Assembly: GCA_964522175.1 (NCBI GenBank)
Contig: CAZFVC010000001.1
Span: forward strand, 1 to 59,540
From: an uncultured Desulfurococcaceae archaeon
Lineage (GTDB): Archaea > Thermoproteota > Thermoprotei_A > Sulfolobales > NBVN01
DNA: 59,540 nt
Reading direction: 5' to 3'
The notes below the pieces were generated by a model that worked only from the letters and a program-made list of their open reading frames with translations, was not told where the DNA came from and ran no database searches. Both the position numbers and the translations under genes were made by a program. Positions 37,033 through 46,182 of this stretch are shown in pieces (within the stretch, counting starts at the first letter, position 1; the number at the start of each line of letters is the position of its first letter).

Positions 37033-37911
37033 CTACTCCTCCTCTCCCTCGTCCGAGGCGTAGAGGAGTTGAAGATCCTCGAAGGTCAGCCTCTGACCCT
37101 TCCTCAGCTTCTCCTCAACCTTCTGTTTCTTCCGGTTAAGTATTGCTTCCTCAATAGCTTTCTTCCTCCCAAGCCTAATCTCTCTCAGCCTCTTCTGCAG
37201 CTCCCTATACTTCTCGATGAGTTCACCTATCTTTCCTGAAACCTCAGTTAATGTGTTGGCCCTCTCCTGAATCCACTTATTCCTTTCATCAATCTCTGCC
37301 TGTATCTCCGATACTGACTGCTTCAGATTGCCTATCCTCTCCCTGACACCGTTGATTTTCTCGCTTAAGCTCCCTATCTTCCTGCTTAAGTCATTCAGAA
37401 CTATTATCTGTCCCTTAAGCTCGGCCCTCAACTCATTATACTCGTTCTTAAGCTTCTTCACCTCAAGCAATTTTTCCAGAAGCGACTCAAGCCTGGCAAT
37501 CTCCTTAATTATCCTGTTCTCCTCCTCTAGGGGGAGGGACTCCGTGATTATCCTCCACTCCAACCTATCGATTTTTGCCCTAATCTTCCCGGCCGGAATA
37601 CCGTTGATTTTGCCTGCATTATTCATTAGTTCACGCTTCGAGAAGAGCTTCTTCTTAATTTCCCTAATTCTCTTCACAACTTCCTTCCTTTCCTCAATGA
37701 GTGCTGCCCTCTCCTCCTTAAGCTTACTCAGCTCCTCCCTCAGCTTCCTGAGCTCTTCCTTAAGCTCCTTAATTCTGTCTATAAGTTCCCTTCTCTCAGC
37801 CTTCAACGCCCTTATCTCGTCAGCCGCCTGCGCCCTCTCCTCCTTAAGGGACTTTATCTGCTCTCTGAGGGTGTCTATCTCCTTAATAATTACTTCTTCC
37901 TTACTGCTCAA
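37033..37911 (-). CDS. Archaeal coiled-coil protein (COG1340-like)
   Basis: 292 aa. It is almost entirely heptad-like E/K/R/L-rich sequence with an acidic tail. Confidence 0.75.
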   Translation of the reverse strand: MSSKEEVIIKEIDTLREQIKSLKEERAQAADEIRALKAERRELIDRIKELKEELRKLREELSKLKEERAALIEERKEVVKRIREIKKKLFSKRELMNNAGKINGIPAGKIRAKIDRLEWRIITESLPLEEENRIIKEIARLESLLEKLLEVKKLKNEYNELRAELKGQIIVLNDLSRKIGSLSEKINGVRERIGNLKQSVSEIQAEIDERNKWIQERANTLTEVSGKIGELIEKYRELQKRLREIRLGRKKAIEEAILNRKKQKVEEKLRKGQRLTFEDLQLLYASDEGEEE

Positions 37912-37922
37912 ACCGGAACTCC

Positions 37923-38654
37923 CTACAACTTAATCAGTACTCTAGCATCGGCTATGGCTGCCCCCTTACCCTTTTCGAATGCCATGATAGGGTTGAGGTC
38001 GACGTCGGTGACTAGCTCCTGCTCCTCCATGAACTTCGACAGCTTCATTATTATGTCGACTAAGGCATCCTTATCCCTCGGAGGCGTTCCTCTATACCCC
38101 TCCAGAATCTTAGCGGCCTTTATCTCGCCGAGCATTGATTCCGCATCGAACTTAGTTACTGGAGCTATCCTGAAGCTAACGTCCTTAAGAACCTCCACGA
38201 ATATACCGCCCAGGCCGAACAGAAGCACTGGGCCGAAGGTGGGGTCCCTAGTGGCCCCAACTATAACTTCGAGGCCTTCAGGAACCATCTCCTGTATGAG
38301 GACGCCAGCGATCTTCGCGTCTGGAGCCTTATCCTTCACGTTACTCATAATGCTGTTGAAGGCCTCCTTAACCTCCTCAGCGTTCTTCACACCTACCTTA
38401 ACCCCACCAACATCCGATTTATGGACTATGTCGGGACTAACTATCTTCAGGACTAGTGGATAACCAATTTTTTCAGCTATCTCTACAGCCTTCTCCGCTG
38501 ACTTAGCCAGGTCTGCCTTAGGCACAGGCAGACCGTAAGCCCTAAGAGCCTCGTAGGCCTCATGCTCCAGAAGCTTCTTCCGGCCCTCACTCCTCGCTTT
38601 TTCTATCAATTCCCTAACCTTCTCGACCTCGTTCATACTTAACCCCTTAAACAC
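37923..38654 (-). CDS. acdB: Acetyl-CoA synthetase (ADP-forming) beta subunit, ATP-grasp domain protein
   Basis: 243 aa. It contains GYPLVLKIVSPDIVHKSDVGGVKVGV and DLNPIMA. Confidence 0.85.
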   Translation of the reverse strand: MFKGLSMNEVEKVRELIEKARSEGRKKLLEHEAYEALRAYGLPVPKADLAKSAEKAVEIAEKIGYPLVLKIVSPDIVHKSDVGGVKVGVKNAEEVKEAFNSIMSNVKDKAPDAKIAGVLIQEMVPEGLEVIVGATRDPTFGPVLLFGLGGIFVEVLKDVSFRIAPVTKFDAESMLGEIKAAKILEGYRGTPPRDKDALVDIIMKLSKFMEEQELVTDVDLNPIMAFEKGKGAAIADARVLIKL

Positions 38655-38684
38655 TCATCCCCTAATTTAAAAAGTTGATAGGCT

Positions 38685-39500
38685 TCAGTGCTCACTAGCC
38701 TCCTCAGTGAGGAAGTCCTCTCCTCCCGCAAGAGATCTTTGAAGCGAGCCGTAAACCATGTCAAGCCCTACAAGCTCCTTCGCTGAGGCAGGGATTACCT
38801 CCCCGCTTAAAGCCTCCTTAAACACGTTGCAGAGAAGCCGACTTATTTCAGTATCTATAAAAAGCATTGAGTTACCTGCCTCAACACAGCTGTAGTCCTC
38901 ATCAAGGAGGCGAAGCATATATATCTTCTCCTTAAGATCTGGGACTTCAGGCCCGTACATCTCCGTAATAAGGTCTATCTTATTGATCACTACGCTCATA
39001 GGTATCGCCACTCTGTACAGCGTAGACAGCGTTAGGAGGGCTGAAGAGAATGCTGATGGAGGATCCGTGACAAGCCTGACGTCGAGGAGGAAGGCCATTG
39101 TAGCCTTACTACCCTTCACAAGCTCCTTCAGTAGGAGGGGCCCCAGCCTTCGGAAAGCAACTATCTCAAGCTGGCCGGGCAGATCTATTAAGGCGTAGTT
39201 AGCTCTTGTCTCATCAATCTCTTCCCTTATATCCATCACGTAATTAATTAGGTAGTCAACGCTTGCGACTAAGGCTCCGTTAGGCCCCAGGCCTTTCTCA
39301 ATCATTAAGTCCCTCGCATTAATGTATCTCCTCACATCAACATCTGGTGTGTAGGGAAGGACCTCGGCTGCGGGATCGAAATTAACTTTCGCCACGTCAA
39401 GGCCGTTGTCATGCATCCATGAGGCGAGGGCTGATGTGAATGTGGATTTCCCTGACCCAGCAGGGCCGCCGATAAGTACATAGTACAGAATCATCACCAC
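38685..39500 (-). CDS. GPN-loop GTPase
   Basis: 271 aa. It has a P-loop (GGPAGSGKST), a GPN motif (GLGPNGALV), DLPGQLE and NKIDL. Confidence 0.88.
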   Translation of the reverse strand: MVMILYYVLIGGPAGSGKSTFTSALASWMHDNGLDVAKVNFDPAAEVLPYTPDVDVRRYINARDLMIEKGLGPNGALVASVDYLINYVMDIREEIDETRANYALIDLPGQLEIVAFRRLGPLLLKELVKGSKATMAFLLDVRLVTDPPSAFSSALLTLSTLYRVAIPMSVVINKIDLITEMYGPEVPDLKEKIYMLRLLDEDYSCVEAGNSMLFIDTEISRLLCNVFKEALSGEVIPASAKELVGLDMVYGSLQRSLAGGEDFLTEEASEH

Positions 39501-40576
39501 CAGTGAAGAACTTTCCTGCCTTTATATTTCCCAACGATGTTCAGCCTATATCCACAGTAGGGACACCTATTGTCCTCCGTAAGCTTCCACTCAGAAATGT
39601 CGAAGCCGTACCGCCTGATAACGAGTCTCCCGCATTTCGGGCAGTACGTGCTTTCGTACTTATGTCCCGGTATGTTACCCAGATATATGTAGTGGAGGCC
39701 TTCAGACTTAGCTATATCTGCCAGCCCCTCCAGCGTGGATATAGGGGTCGGGGGAAGATCCTGCATCATGAAGTGGGGATAGAACCTGAGGAGGTGGAAA
39801 GGTGTTTCAGGGCCGAGGTTCTCAACAACCCATCTCGCAAGCCTTTTAAGATCCTCAGGTGAGTCACCGTACCTAGGCACCACCAGATTAGTTACCTCGA
39901 TAAATATTCCCTTCCTCTTCATCTCTATTAATGTTCCATAGATAGGTTCGGGGTCATGCACACCCATGAACCTGCGGTAGAACTCCTTATTCCCTGCACC
40001 CTTGAAATCAACGGTCACCGCATCCATATAAGGCGCAAGCTCATCTAAGGCCTCAATAGTCATGTATCCGTTGGTTACCATGGTGTTGAAGAGCCCTTCC
40101 CTCTTAGCGAGCTTTGCCGTGTCAAGCATGAACTCGTAGAATATGGTTGGTTCGTTATAGGTGTAGCTAATTCCGTCAGCCCCATACTTCTTAGCCATCT
40201 CAACAACCTGCTCAGGGGTGAAGAACTCTCCGTAGACATCGCTTCTCCTAGACTGGCTAATGGTCCAGTTCTGGCAGAACTTACACATGAAGTTGCATCC
40301 CGCAGTAGATATTGACATAACGCTTGACCCCGGCATGAAGTGCATGAGAGGCTTCTTCTCTATGGGGTCAACATTAGCTGCTGTGAGCAGTCCGTACACT
40401 AAAGTGTAGAGTGTTCCTTCATGATTGTATCTAACCCCGCACGCCCCATAACCTCCGTTCGCTATTGGGCATCTCTTATAGCAGAGTGTGCACACCACCT
40501 TCTTACCCTTAACTCTTCTCCAGTGCTTAGCTGGACGGACCCAAGGCTTACTTAAATCTATCGGCATCTTCCGCAC
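39494..40576 (-). CDS. amrS: Radical SAM enzyme, AmmeMemoRadiSam-system type (PFL-activase-like)
   Basis: 360 aa. It has a CNFMCKFCQNW cluster motif, an N-terminal Cys pair and a C-terminal CPKCG...CPYCG ribbon. Its 3' end overlaps the start of the GPN GTPase gene by 7 nt. Confidence 0.9.
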   Translation of the reverse strand: MRKMPIDLSKPWVRPAKHWRRVKGKKVVCTLCYKRCPIANGGYGACGVRYNHEGTLYTLVYGLLTAANVDPIEKKPLMHFMPGSSVMSISTAGCNFMCKFCQNWTISQSRRSDVYGEFFTPEQVVEMAKKYGADGISYTYNEPTIFYEFMLDTAKLAKREGLFNTMVTNGYMTIEALDELAPYMDAVTVDFKGAGNKEFYRRFMGVHDPEPIYGTLIEMKRKGIFIEVTNLVVPRYGDSPEDLKRLARWVVENLGPETPFHLLRFYPHFMMQDLPPTPISTLEGLADIAKSEGLHYIYLGNIPGHKYESTYCPKCGRLVIRRYGFDISEWKLTEDNRCPYCGYRLNIVGKYKGRKVLHWW

Positions 40577-40620
40577 CTATCATAAGATGGTTTACTGAAT
40601 TAATTAGCTATGGGTAAAGC

Positions 40621-41544
40621 ATGATTAAGGGGACGGTAATGATTAATGGGGGAAGGGATTTGATAGTTTCTCTTCCAGGGACTGAGGAGCTGGGGTCGAG
40701 GATCAGCAACCTGCTTAGATGCGAACACGTTATCCCTTACACCAAGGTTTTTCCTGACGGGGAAAGCTATCTCAGGCTTGAAGGTGATTTCGAGGGGGAG
40801 GAAGTTACGCTTCTCTCAACAATGTACCCGGAACAGAATAGGAGGCTTGTTGAGTTGGTGTTCGCTTCAAAGACACTCGTCGAGAGAGGGGCCTCCAAGG
40901 TAAGGGGGGTTGTGACCTACTTAGCTTACGCGCGCCAGGACAAAGAGTTCCTGCCTGGTGAGGTCGTCAGCGCTCGAATAGTTATCGACATGCTTAAGTA
41001 TGCTGGGATAGGGGAGCTCTACGTTGTCGATGTGCATAAGCCGGAAATCCTTAACGGTTTCGGAGGTCCTTCAAGAAACATACTTATGGTTGAGACATTC
41101 GCTTCATTCCTCAGGTCCCGAGGGGTGGACAACCCGCTGATTGTCGCGCCTGACTTAGGCGCTTCACATAGGGCGGAAGCCCTGGCTAAGGAGATAGGTG
41201 GTGAGTGTGTAATCATTAGGAAGTTCAGGGATAGGGTCACTGGGGAAATAAGGCATGAACTCCCTGAAGGTTTCCACATTGATGGGAGGACGGCAGTAGT
41301 TATTGATGATATAATAAGTACTGGAGGCACTATGGCAAGCATTGTTTCATTCCTGAAACGCTCAGGAGCGAGAAGGGTGTACGCTCTGGCAAGCCATGGG
41401 GTCTTCGTCGGGAATGCTGTGGAGAGGCTGATTAGTGGAGGGGCTGACGAGGTGGCTGTGCTGGATACACTCTCAAGAAGGGTTGAAGGAGTTACATACC
41501 TAGATATATCTAATGAGCTTTCTAAGCATCTCAGTAACTGTTAG
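40621..41544 (+). CDS. prs: Ribose-phosphate pyrophosphokinase
   Basis: 307 aa. It has YLAYARQDK and the PRPP-binding loop VVIDDIISTGGTM. Confidence 0.92.
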   Translation: MIKGTVMINGGRDLIVSLPGTEELGSRISNLLRCEHVIPYTKVFPDGESYLRLEGDFEGEEVTLLSTMYPEQNRRLVELVFASKTLVERGASKVRGVVTYLAYARQDKEFLPGEVVSARIVIDMLKYAGIGELYVVDVHKPEILNGFGGPSRNILMVETFASFLRSRGVDNPLIVAPDLGASHRAEALAKEIGGECVIIRKFRDRVTGEIRHELPEGFHIDGRTAVVIDDIISTGGTMASIVSFLKRSGARRVYALASHGVFVGNAVERLISGGADEVAVLDTLSRRVEGVTYLDISNELSKHLSNC

Positions 41545-41557
41545 GGTAGGTTAGGTA

Positions 41558-42574
41558 ATGCTTACCTATGTTTTTCTTTCAGGCCTACACAGGACCCTCC
41601 CCTTCGGCGAGTTAAGGGCTCTGGTTGAAGGGGAAGGGCTTCCAGTGAGCTACATACACCTCCTCGACCAGGTTGCCTTACTGGATACTTCCGAAGGGCT
41701 TTTCCGAGTGCTGGAGGGAAGGGCTGTCCTCAGCAAGTATGGAGGTGTTGTTCTCAGCGTTTCCGATGTTGACGAAGGTGTTGAGGGATTGATTAAGGTT
41801 CTGAAGGATTCGGATATCTGCAGACTCGGCGGATTCTCACACGTGTCGTTCAGGAGGGTTAAGAGGTATGGTGAGGCCTTAAGGTATAGTGATGTGGTTG
41901 GGGAAGTCGTTGGTAGGGGGAAGGAGTTGTGCAGGCGTATGGATGCACCTCTTCTCGACATCATCATTACTGAAGGCTTGGTAATAGCGGGTTTAAGGAT
42001 GTTTGAGAGGGATCTAAGTAGGCTTAGGGAGAGGGATCCTCAGAGGAGACCTGTCTACAGACCGGGCACGATGATTCCTGAATGGTGCAGGCTGTTCGTT
42101 AACTTAAGTAGAGCCAGCCCCATCAGGAACCCTGTATTCATAGATCCGTTCGCAGGTGTCGGAGGTCTCCTTATCGAGGCCTGCGATATGGGTATGAAGG
42201 CTGCGGGTTCTGACCTTAACCCTGAATTCGTTTCTGGCGCTTCCAAGAATCTGCGTCACTATGGATGTGTAGATATGGTTTCTGTTGCCGATGCTTGCAG
42301 AATGCCTTTTGTGAGGGCGGATGCAGTGGCGACAGACATGCCTTACGGGAGGTTGACTAGGTCGGAAGGGAGAGGTATTAAGGATCTTGTGGGGTGCTTC
42401 CTTAAGGAGGTTGCATCCGTAATCAAGCCGGGAGGTTATGTAGTGTTCGCTCAGAAAGCTGATGTAGAGGTGGAGGATCTTGTTAGGGGTGCAGGCCTAG
42501 AGGTGGTTGAGAGATATATTAACTGGGTTCACGGGGCTTTAACACGGGATATTTTCGTGGTGAGGAAGAAGTGA
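41558..42574 (+). CDS. tRNA (guanine(10)-N2)-dimethyltransferase (THUMP plus methyltransferase, Trm-G10/Trm11 type)
   Basis: 338 aa. It has DPFAGVGGLLIEA (SAM motif I) and ATDMPYG (motif IV), with an N-terminal THUMP-sized domain. Confidence 0.85.
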   Translation: MLTYVFLSGLHRTLPFGELRALVEGEGLPVSYIHLLDQVALLDTSEGLFRVLEGRAVLSKYGGVVLSVSDVDEGVEGLIKVLKDSDICRLGGFSHVSFRRVKRYGEALRYSDVVGEVVGRGKELCRRMDAPLLDIIITEGLVIAGLRMFERDLSRLRERDPQRRPVYRPGTMIPEWCRLFVNLSRASPIRNPVFIDPFAGVGGLLIEACDMGMKAAGSDLNPEFVSGASKNLRHYGCVDMVSVADACRMPFVRADAVATDMPYGRLTRSEGRGIKDLVGCFLKEVASVIKPGGYVVFAQKADVEVEDLVRGAGLEVVERYINWVHGALTRDIFVVRKK

Positions 42575-43329
42575 ATCCAGTAGTGCTCACTTTTCTAGGG
42601 GCTTCAGGCCCTTACGGAGGGAGTGACGACCTACCCAGCGTCTTGGTCTCTTGGGGGAGGAAACATATACTTATCGATGCTGGGGAAGGTGTGCAGCACA
42701 GGCTACATGAGGCAGGGAGAAGTGTTTCCTCCTTAACACATGTGCTTATCAGCCACCTCCACGGCGATCACGTCTTAGGGCTTATCCCCCTCCTCCAGTC
42801 CAGATCTCTTGCAGGGTCAGAGGATGAGTTGATTGTGGTCGGGCCTCCAGGAATCACTAATTATCTTCGGGAAAGTTTCAGGTTCCTCCATTTCGCGCCC
42901 TCATTCCCTCTCAGAGTTGCTGAGGTTGAGGAAGGGGAGCTTGATCTGGGTTCATTCACTCTCCGTGTTGGAAAGGGGATTCATTCGGTGACTGTGCTGG
43001 CCTTCAGAATAGCTCTCGGCCCTGTATCCATATGTTACGTTACTGACACAAGGCCTTTTCCGGAGGAGGTAAGGCTGTGTGAAGGGGTGGATGTGCTTAT
43101 TCATGACGCAGCCTTTCATTCAAGGGATAGGGAATTGGCGGAGGAATATCTTCATTCAACGGCTAGGGAGGCTGCGCAAGTTGCTGACGCTTGTGGCGCA
43201 GGTATGTTGATCCTTTACCACAGATCCCCCAGATATAAGGATGTTGGGGTTCTTCTCGAGGATGCTAAGTCGGTTTTCCGGAACTCCGTAGTAGCTTCAA
43301 GATATATGAAGATCTACGTAAGGAAATAG
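42571..43329 (+). CDS. Metallo-beta-lactamase fold hydrolase, RNase Z-like
   Basis: 252 aa. It has the HxHxDH motif (ISHLHGDHVLG) and is adjacent to tRNA-modification genes. It is shorter than typical RNase Z. Confidence 0.75.
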   Translation: MNPVVLTFLGASGPYGGSDDLPSVLVSWGRKHILIDAGEGVQHRLHEAGRSVSSLTHVLISHLHGDHVLGLIPLLQSRSLAGSEDELIVVGPPGITNYLRESFRFLHFAPSFPLRVAEVEEGELDLGSFTLRVGKGIHSVTVLAFRIALGPVSICYVTDTRPFPEEVRLCEGVDVLIHDAAFHSRDRELAEEYLHSTAREAAQVADACGAGMLILYHRSPRYKDVGVLLEDAKSVFRNSVVASRYMKIYVRK

Positions 43330-43331
43330 GC

Positions 43332-43757
43332 CTATACTTCGGGCATGGGTCGGTTCCAAAGAGGCTTACCTTTAGAGGTTTTGGGCGCTAGCCAGTCAAT
43401 AACCTCATCCGGCTTATCTGTGTAGATCCGGACCTCTATCGGTCCTAGAGGCGATTCAGTGTCGAATGTGACGAACGATACCTTACCTGCGTAGGCCCCC
43501 TGCTTATGGATCTTGAACACGATAACACCTTCCCTCCTTCCGGAGGTCATGACCTTTCTGGCGGTGTCAAGTATTCTGCTCTGCCTCAAAAGCTCGTGGA
43601 GCTTGAGCAATGACTTTATGTCTCTGGACTCAGCAACAACTATTTTGTAGGGCTCCTCATCAACAACCCTATATTCCTCGACACCGAACACATTCCTTAT
43701 GGCCTTCAGAATCCTTTCCAAATCCTCTGTGGGCCTTAACTCAGCCCTTATCTCCAT
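43332..43757 (-). CDS. UPF0201-type predicted RNA-binding protein (COG1931-like)
   Basis: 141 aa. It begins EIRAELRPTEDLERILKAIRNVFG and is paired with the P-loop kinase-like gene upstream, overlapping it by 17 nt. The family name is from memory. Confidence 0.7.
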   Translation of the reverse strand: MEIRAELRPTEDLERILKAIRNVFGVEEYRVVDEEPYKIVVAESRDIKSLLKLHELLRQSRILDTARKVMTSGRREGVIVFKIHKQGAYAGKVSFVTFDTESPLGPIEVRIYTDKPDEVIDWLAPKTSKGKPLWNRPMPEV

Positions 43758-44325
43758 CCTGAATATCTTTAATCACCTCCCTTATCCTGCGTGCCGCCTC
43801 CTCCACAAGCTCCTCCACTTCAGCACCTTCATTAACGATCATCACGTCGGCTAAAGCGATCACGTTACCGAGCCCTATCCTAAGCTCCTTCAGATCCCTG
43901 TCCATGAAGGCTTCCCAGGTGCGTGGGTCATCCCTCCTCCCCCTAGCCTTAAGCCTCCTGAATCTCTCACGAGGGGAAGCATGTACGGCAACGACGACTA
44001 CATCCCTCCTCTCCCTAAAGTAATTGATTTCTTCAAGGCTCCTAATCCCGTCAACAACCACCACACCGCTCAAGGACTTAATCCTCCTGTAAACAAGTTC
44101 AGACACCGCAGCAGCCCCGTACTCCTCACGTATCTTCTTAGCGAACCTCATCATGCTCGCCAAGTCAAGGCCTATCCCTCTCCTGCTAGCCTCCTCCCTC
44201 ATAACGTCACCCATACTCACTAAGGGCGCTGAGAAGGACTCAGCAATTCTGCGAGCTATCAATGTCTTACCGGCCCCAGGCATCCCGGTCACGCATATCA
44301 TAACATCCCTAGACATACTCAGCAC
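43741..44325 (-). CDS. P-loop NMP/dephospho-CoA kinase-like protein (UPF0200-type)
   Basis: 194 aa. It has Walker A (TGMPGAGKT) and the size of an adenylate-kinase-like fold. Confidence 0.75.
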   Translation of the reverse strand: MLSMSRDVMICVTGMPGAGKTLIARRIAESFSAPLVSMGDVMREEASRRGIGLDLASMMRFAKKIREEYGAAAVSELVYRRIKSLSGVVVVDGIRSLEEINYFRERRDVVVVAVHASPRERFRRLKARGRRDDPRTWEAFMDRDLKELRIGLGNVIALADVMIVNEGAEVEELVEEAARRIREVIKDIQDGDKG

Positions 44326-44549
44326 CTCTCTAACTAGGGTTCAAGCATTAATTTATTGCTTTCTCCAAAGAGAAGTTAAAACAGTTTTAACTATTATAAA
44401 AAGCTTCGGTATTACATCTAATGAATTTTCTTCCATAATGTTGCGTAATATTGGTTACTCACCATGGTAATACGGTAATACGGAGGCAGTATTTAAGGCT
44501 CACATGTTATGTATCTAAAACGCGTATTTTTATTGTGGTGCTTGTTGTT

Positions 44550-44828
44550 ATGCCCGTAATCTACAGATGTAAGGGTTGCGGCTCAATAATATTCACGTTC
44601 GAAAGAGTTGGTCAGGACTGCTTCGGGGTTCCTTCACCTTCAGAGCTCTCTATGAGGCTTGAGGGGAGATGTCCTCACTGCGGGAGGCCTTTATCGACCC
44701 CGAGGCTGGAGGATGTGAAGGTTCTTGGAAGAATTACGGCCCCGCTTAAGACCTACCTGTCGGAGCCTGAGGTTTTGACAGCACCAAGCCAGGAAGGTGT
44801 CTTAACAACTGCCTCAGTCAGCCACTGA
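44550..44828 (+). CDS. Small zinc-ribbon protein (92 aa from the internal ATG)
   Basis: It reads MPVIYRCKGCGS...CPHCGRPL (CxxC...CxxC). TATTTTTATT lies about 20 nt upstream of the ATG at 44550. The track ORF starts at 44451 with an implausible N-terminus. The last 76 nt overlap the cca 3' end on the opposite strand. Confidence 0.55.
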   Translation: MPVIYRCKGCGSIIFTFERVGQDCFGVPSPSELSMRLEGRCPHCGRPLSTPRLEDVKVLGRITAPLKTYLSEPEVLTAPSQEGVLTTASVSH

Positions 44829-46177
44829 AGAATTTTTCCCTTATCCTTAACACCTACTCTGCTGAGGAACTCCTCCAGATTATCGGTTACCTCAATAACT
44901 TCAAGATCTGGGGTGGAGAGCTTTTTCCCTAAGTCCTTAAGTGCCTCCACCGGGTTCCTCCTCCTTCTCGCTAGAAGAACTTTAGGGATACCTTCTTGGC
45001 TGATCCACGGCCCCAGAGTGTTCTCCCTGTTCAGGTACTTGGAGATGAAGCTTACTACAGGCTGCCCAATAATTTTCGGGCCGTCCCTAACTTCATATTC
45101 TCTCTCAACGCTTTCCTCATCAATATCTATGGCTGTGGCCGCAAGGTCTTCATCATTACTCCACACACTCCAATCAATAACTTCATAGCCCTGTCCCTTA
45201 AGCATGTTCAGGAACTTTCTCGAGACCTTCCTTAGTTCCCCCCACGAGACGTCTGGAGGGGTTCCAGGCCTCATGCCGTATAGTAGTAGGAGCAATCTTC
45301 TGCGTGACCTCCTAAGAGTTTCCTCTAGAGCTTCGGGGGTAAGGGTCTCGGGTTCGGGGAAGAAGAATTTTCGGGTTGGGGATCTCAGGAAGAATGTTGA
45401 TGCCGCTATAGCTACGGCTAGGGACCTCCGCGATACTGCAGCGGCGGCATTCCTCCTAGGGTCTACGGGGTCGGGAATTACTAGTGGGTGGTCTCTGAAG
45501 AGAAGGCGAAGGGTTTTCGGGTCCTCATCCACGTAACCTACTGTAACGACCTGCCTAAGCCTCCACCTCCCTATATTTCTGAGGGTGTTGAGGAAGTTCC
45601 CGTACTTCACTATCAGTAGCTCGCTTAGGTAGCCTGAGAATCCCTGCACTCTTATCTCGGCGCCGTATATACCGACACCCTTAAAGAACTTCTTCAGAAG
45701 CCTGGCCTCATCCCTCTGGCTTTCTGTTAGGGATTTCTTAATGTATCTCGTGTGGAATGGTGTTCTATCCACAGCTGTCTTTATTTCTTCCACGGTGTCG
45801 GCCCAGTACGCGGGAACTATGTCGGCCTCCACGCCTGGGGAAAGTACCCGTATATACGGGTGTGAAGCATATCTTAACTGGGTTCTGTACCTGCTGGAGA
45901 GTGCTTTGACTAAGGGGTTCACGACATGCTTAATTATCCACTCCTTCCCCATCTCTGGGTATTTAATGAGTAGGAATATGTCGAGGTCAAGCTCCCCGCT
46001 TAAAGCAGTTCCTTTAGCTAAAGAACCCTCAAGCTCAATCTTGAAGGGATAGGGGACATTTATCTCTTTAAGCACGGCCTCCTTAATGTCTTCATAAATA
46101 CTGAGCGCTTTCTCTATTTCCTCCTTAGTGGGACGTATCTCCTTAAGCACCTCATCCAGCAGTTCCTGAATCATCAA
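44753..46177 (-). CDS. cca: CCA-adding enzyme (class I tRNA nucleotidyltransferase)
   Basis: 474 aa. It has the pol-beta-type motif EGSLAKGTALSGELDLDIFLL and RTPFHTRYI. Confidence 0.92.
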   Translation of the reverse strand: MMIQELLDEVLKEIRPTKEEIEKALSIYEDIKEAVLKEINVPYPFKIELEGSLAKGTALSGELDLDIFLLIKYPEMGKEWIIKHVVNPLVKALSSRYRTQLRYASHPYIRVLSPGVEADIVPAYWADTVEEIKTAVDRTPFHTRYIKKSLTESQRDEARLLKKFFKGVGIYGAEIRVQGFSGYLSELLIVKYGNFLNTLRNIGRWRLRQVVTVGYVDEDPKTLRLLFRDHPLVIPDPVDPRRNAAAAVSRRSLAVAIAASTFFLRSPTRKFFFPEPETLTPEALEETLRRSRRRLLLLLYGMRPGTPPDVSWGELRKVSRKFLNMLKGQGYEVIDWSVWSNDEDLAATAIDIDEESVEREYEVRDGPKIIGQPVVSFISKYLNRENTLGPWISQEGIPKVLLARRRRNPVEALKDLGKKLSTPDLEVIEVTDNLEEFLSRVGVKDKGKILQWLTEAVVKTPSWLGAVKTSGSDR

Positions 46178-46182
46178 AACCC

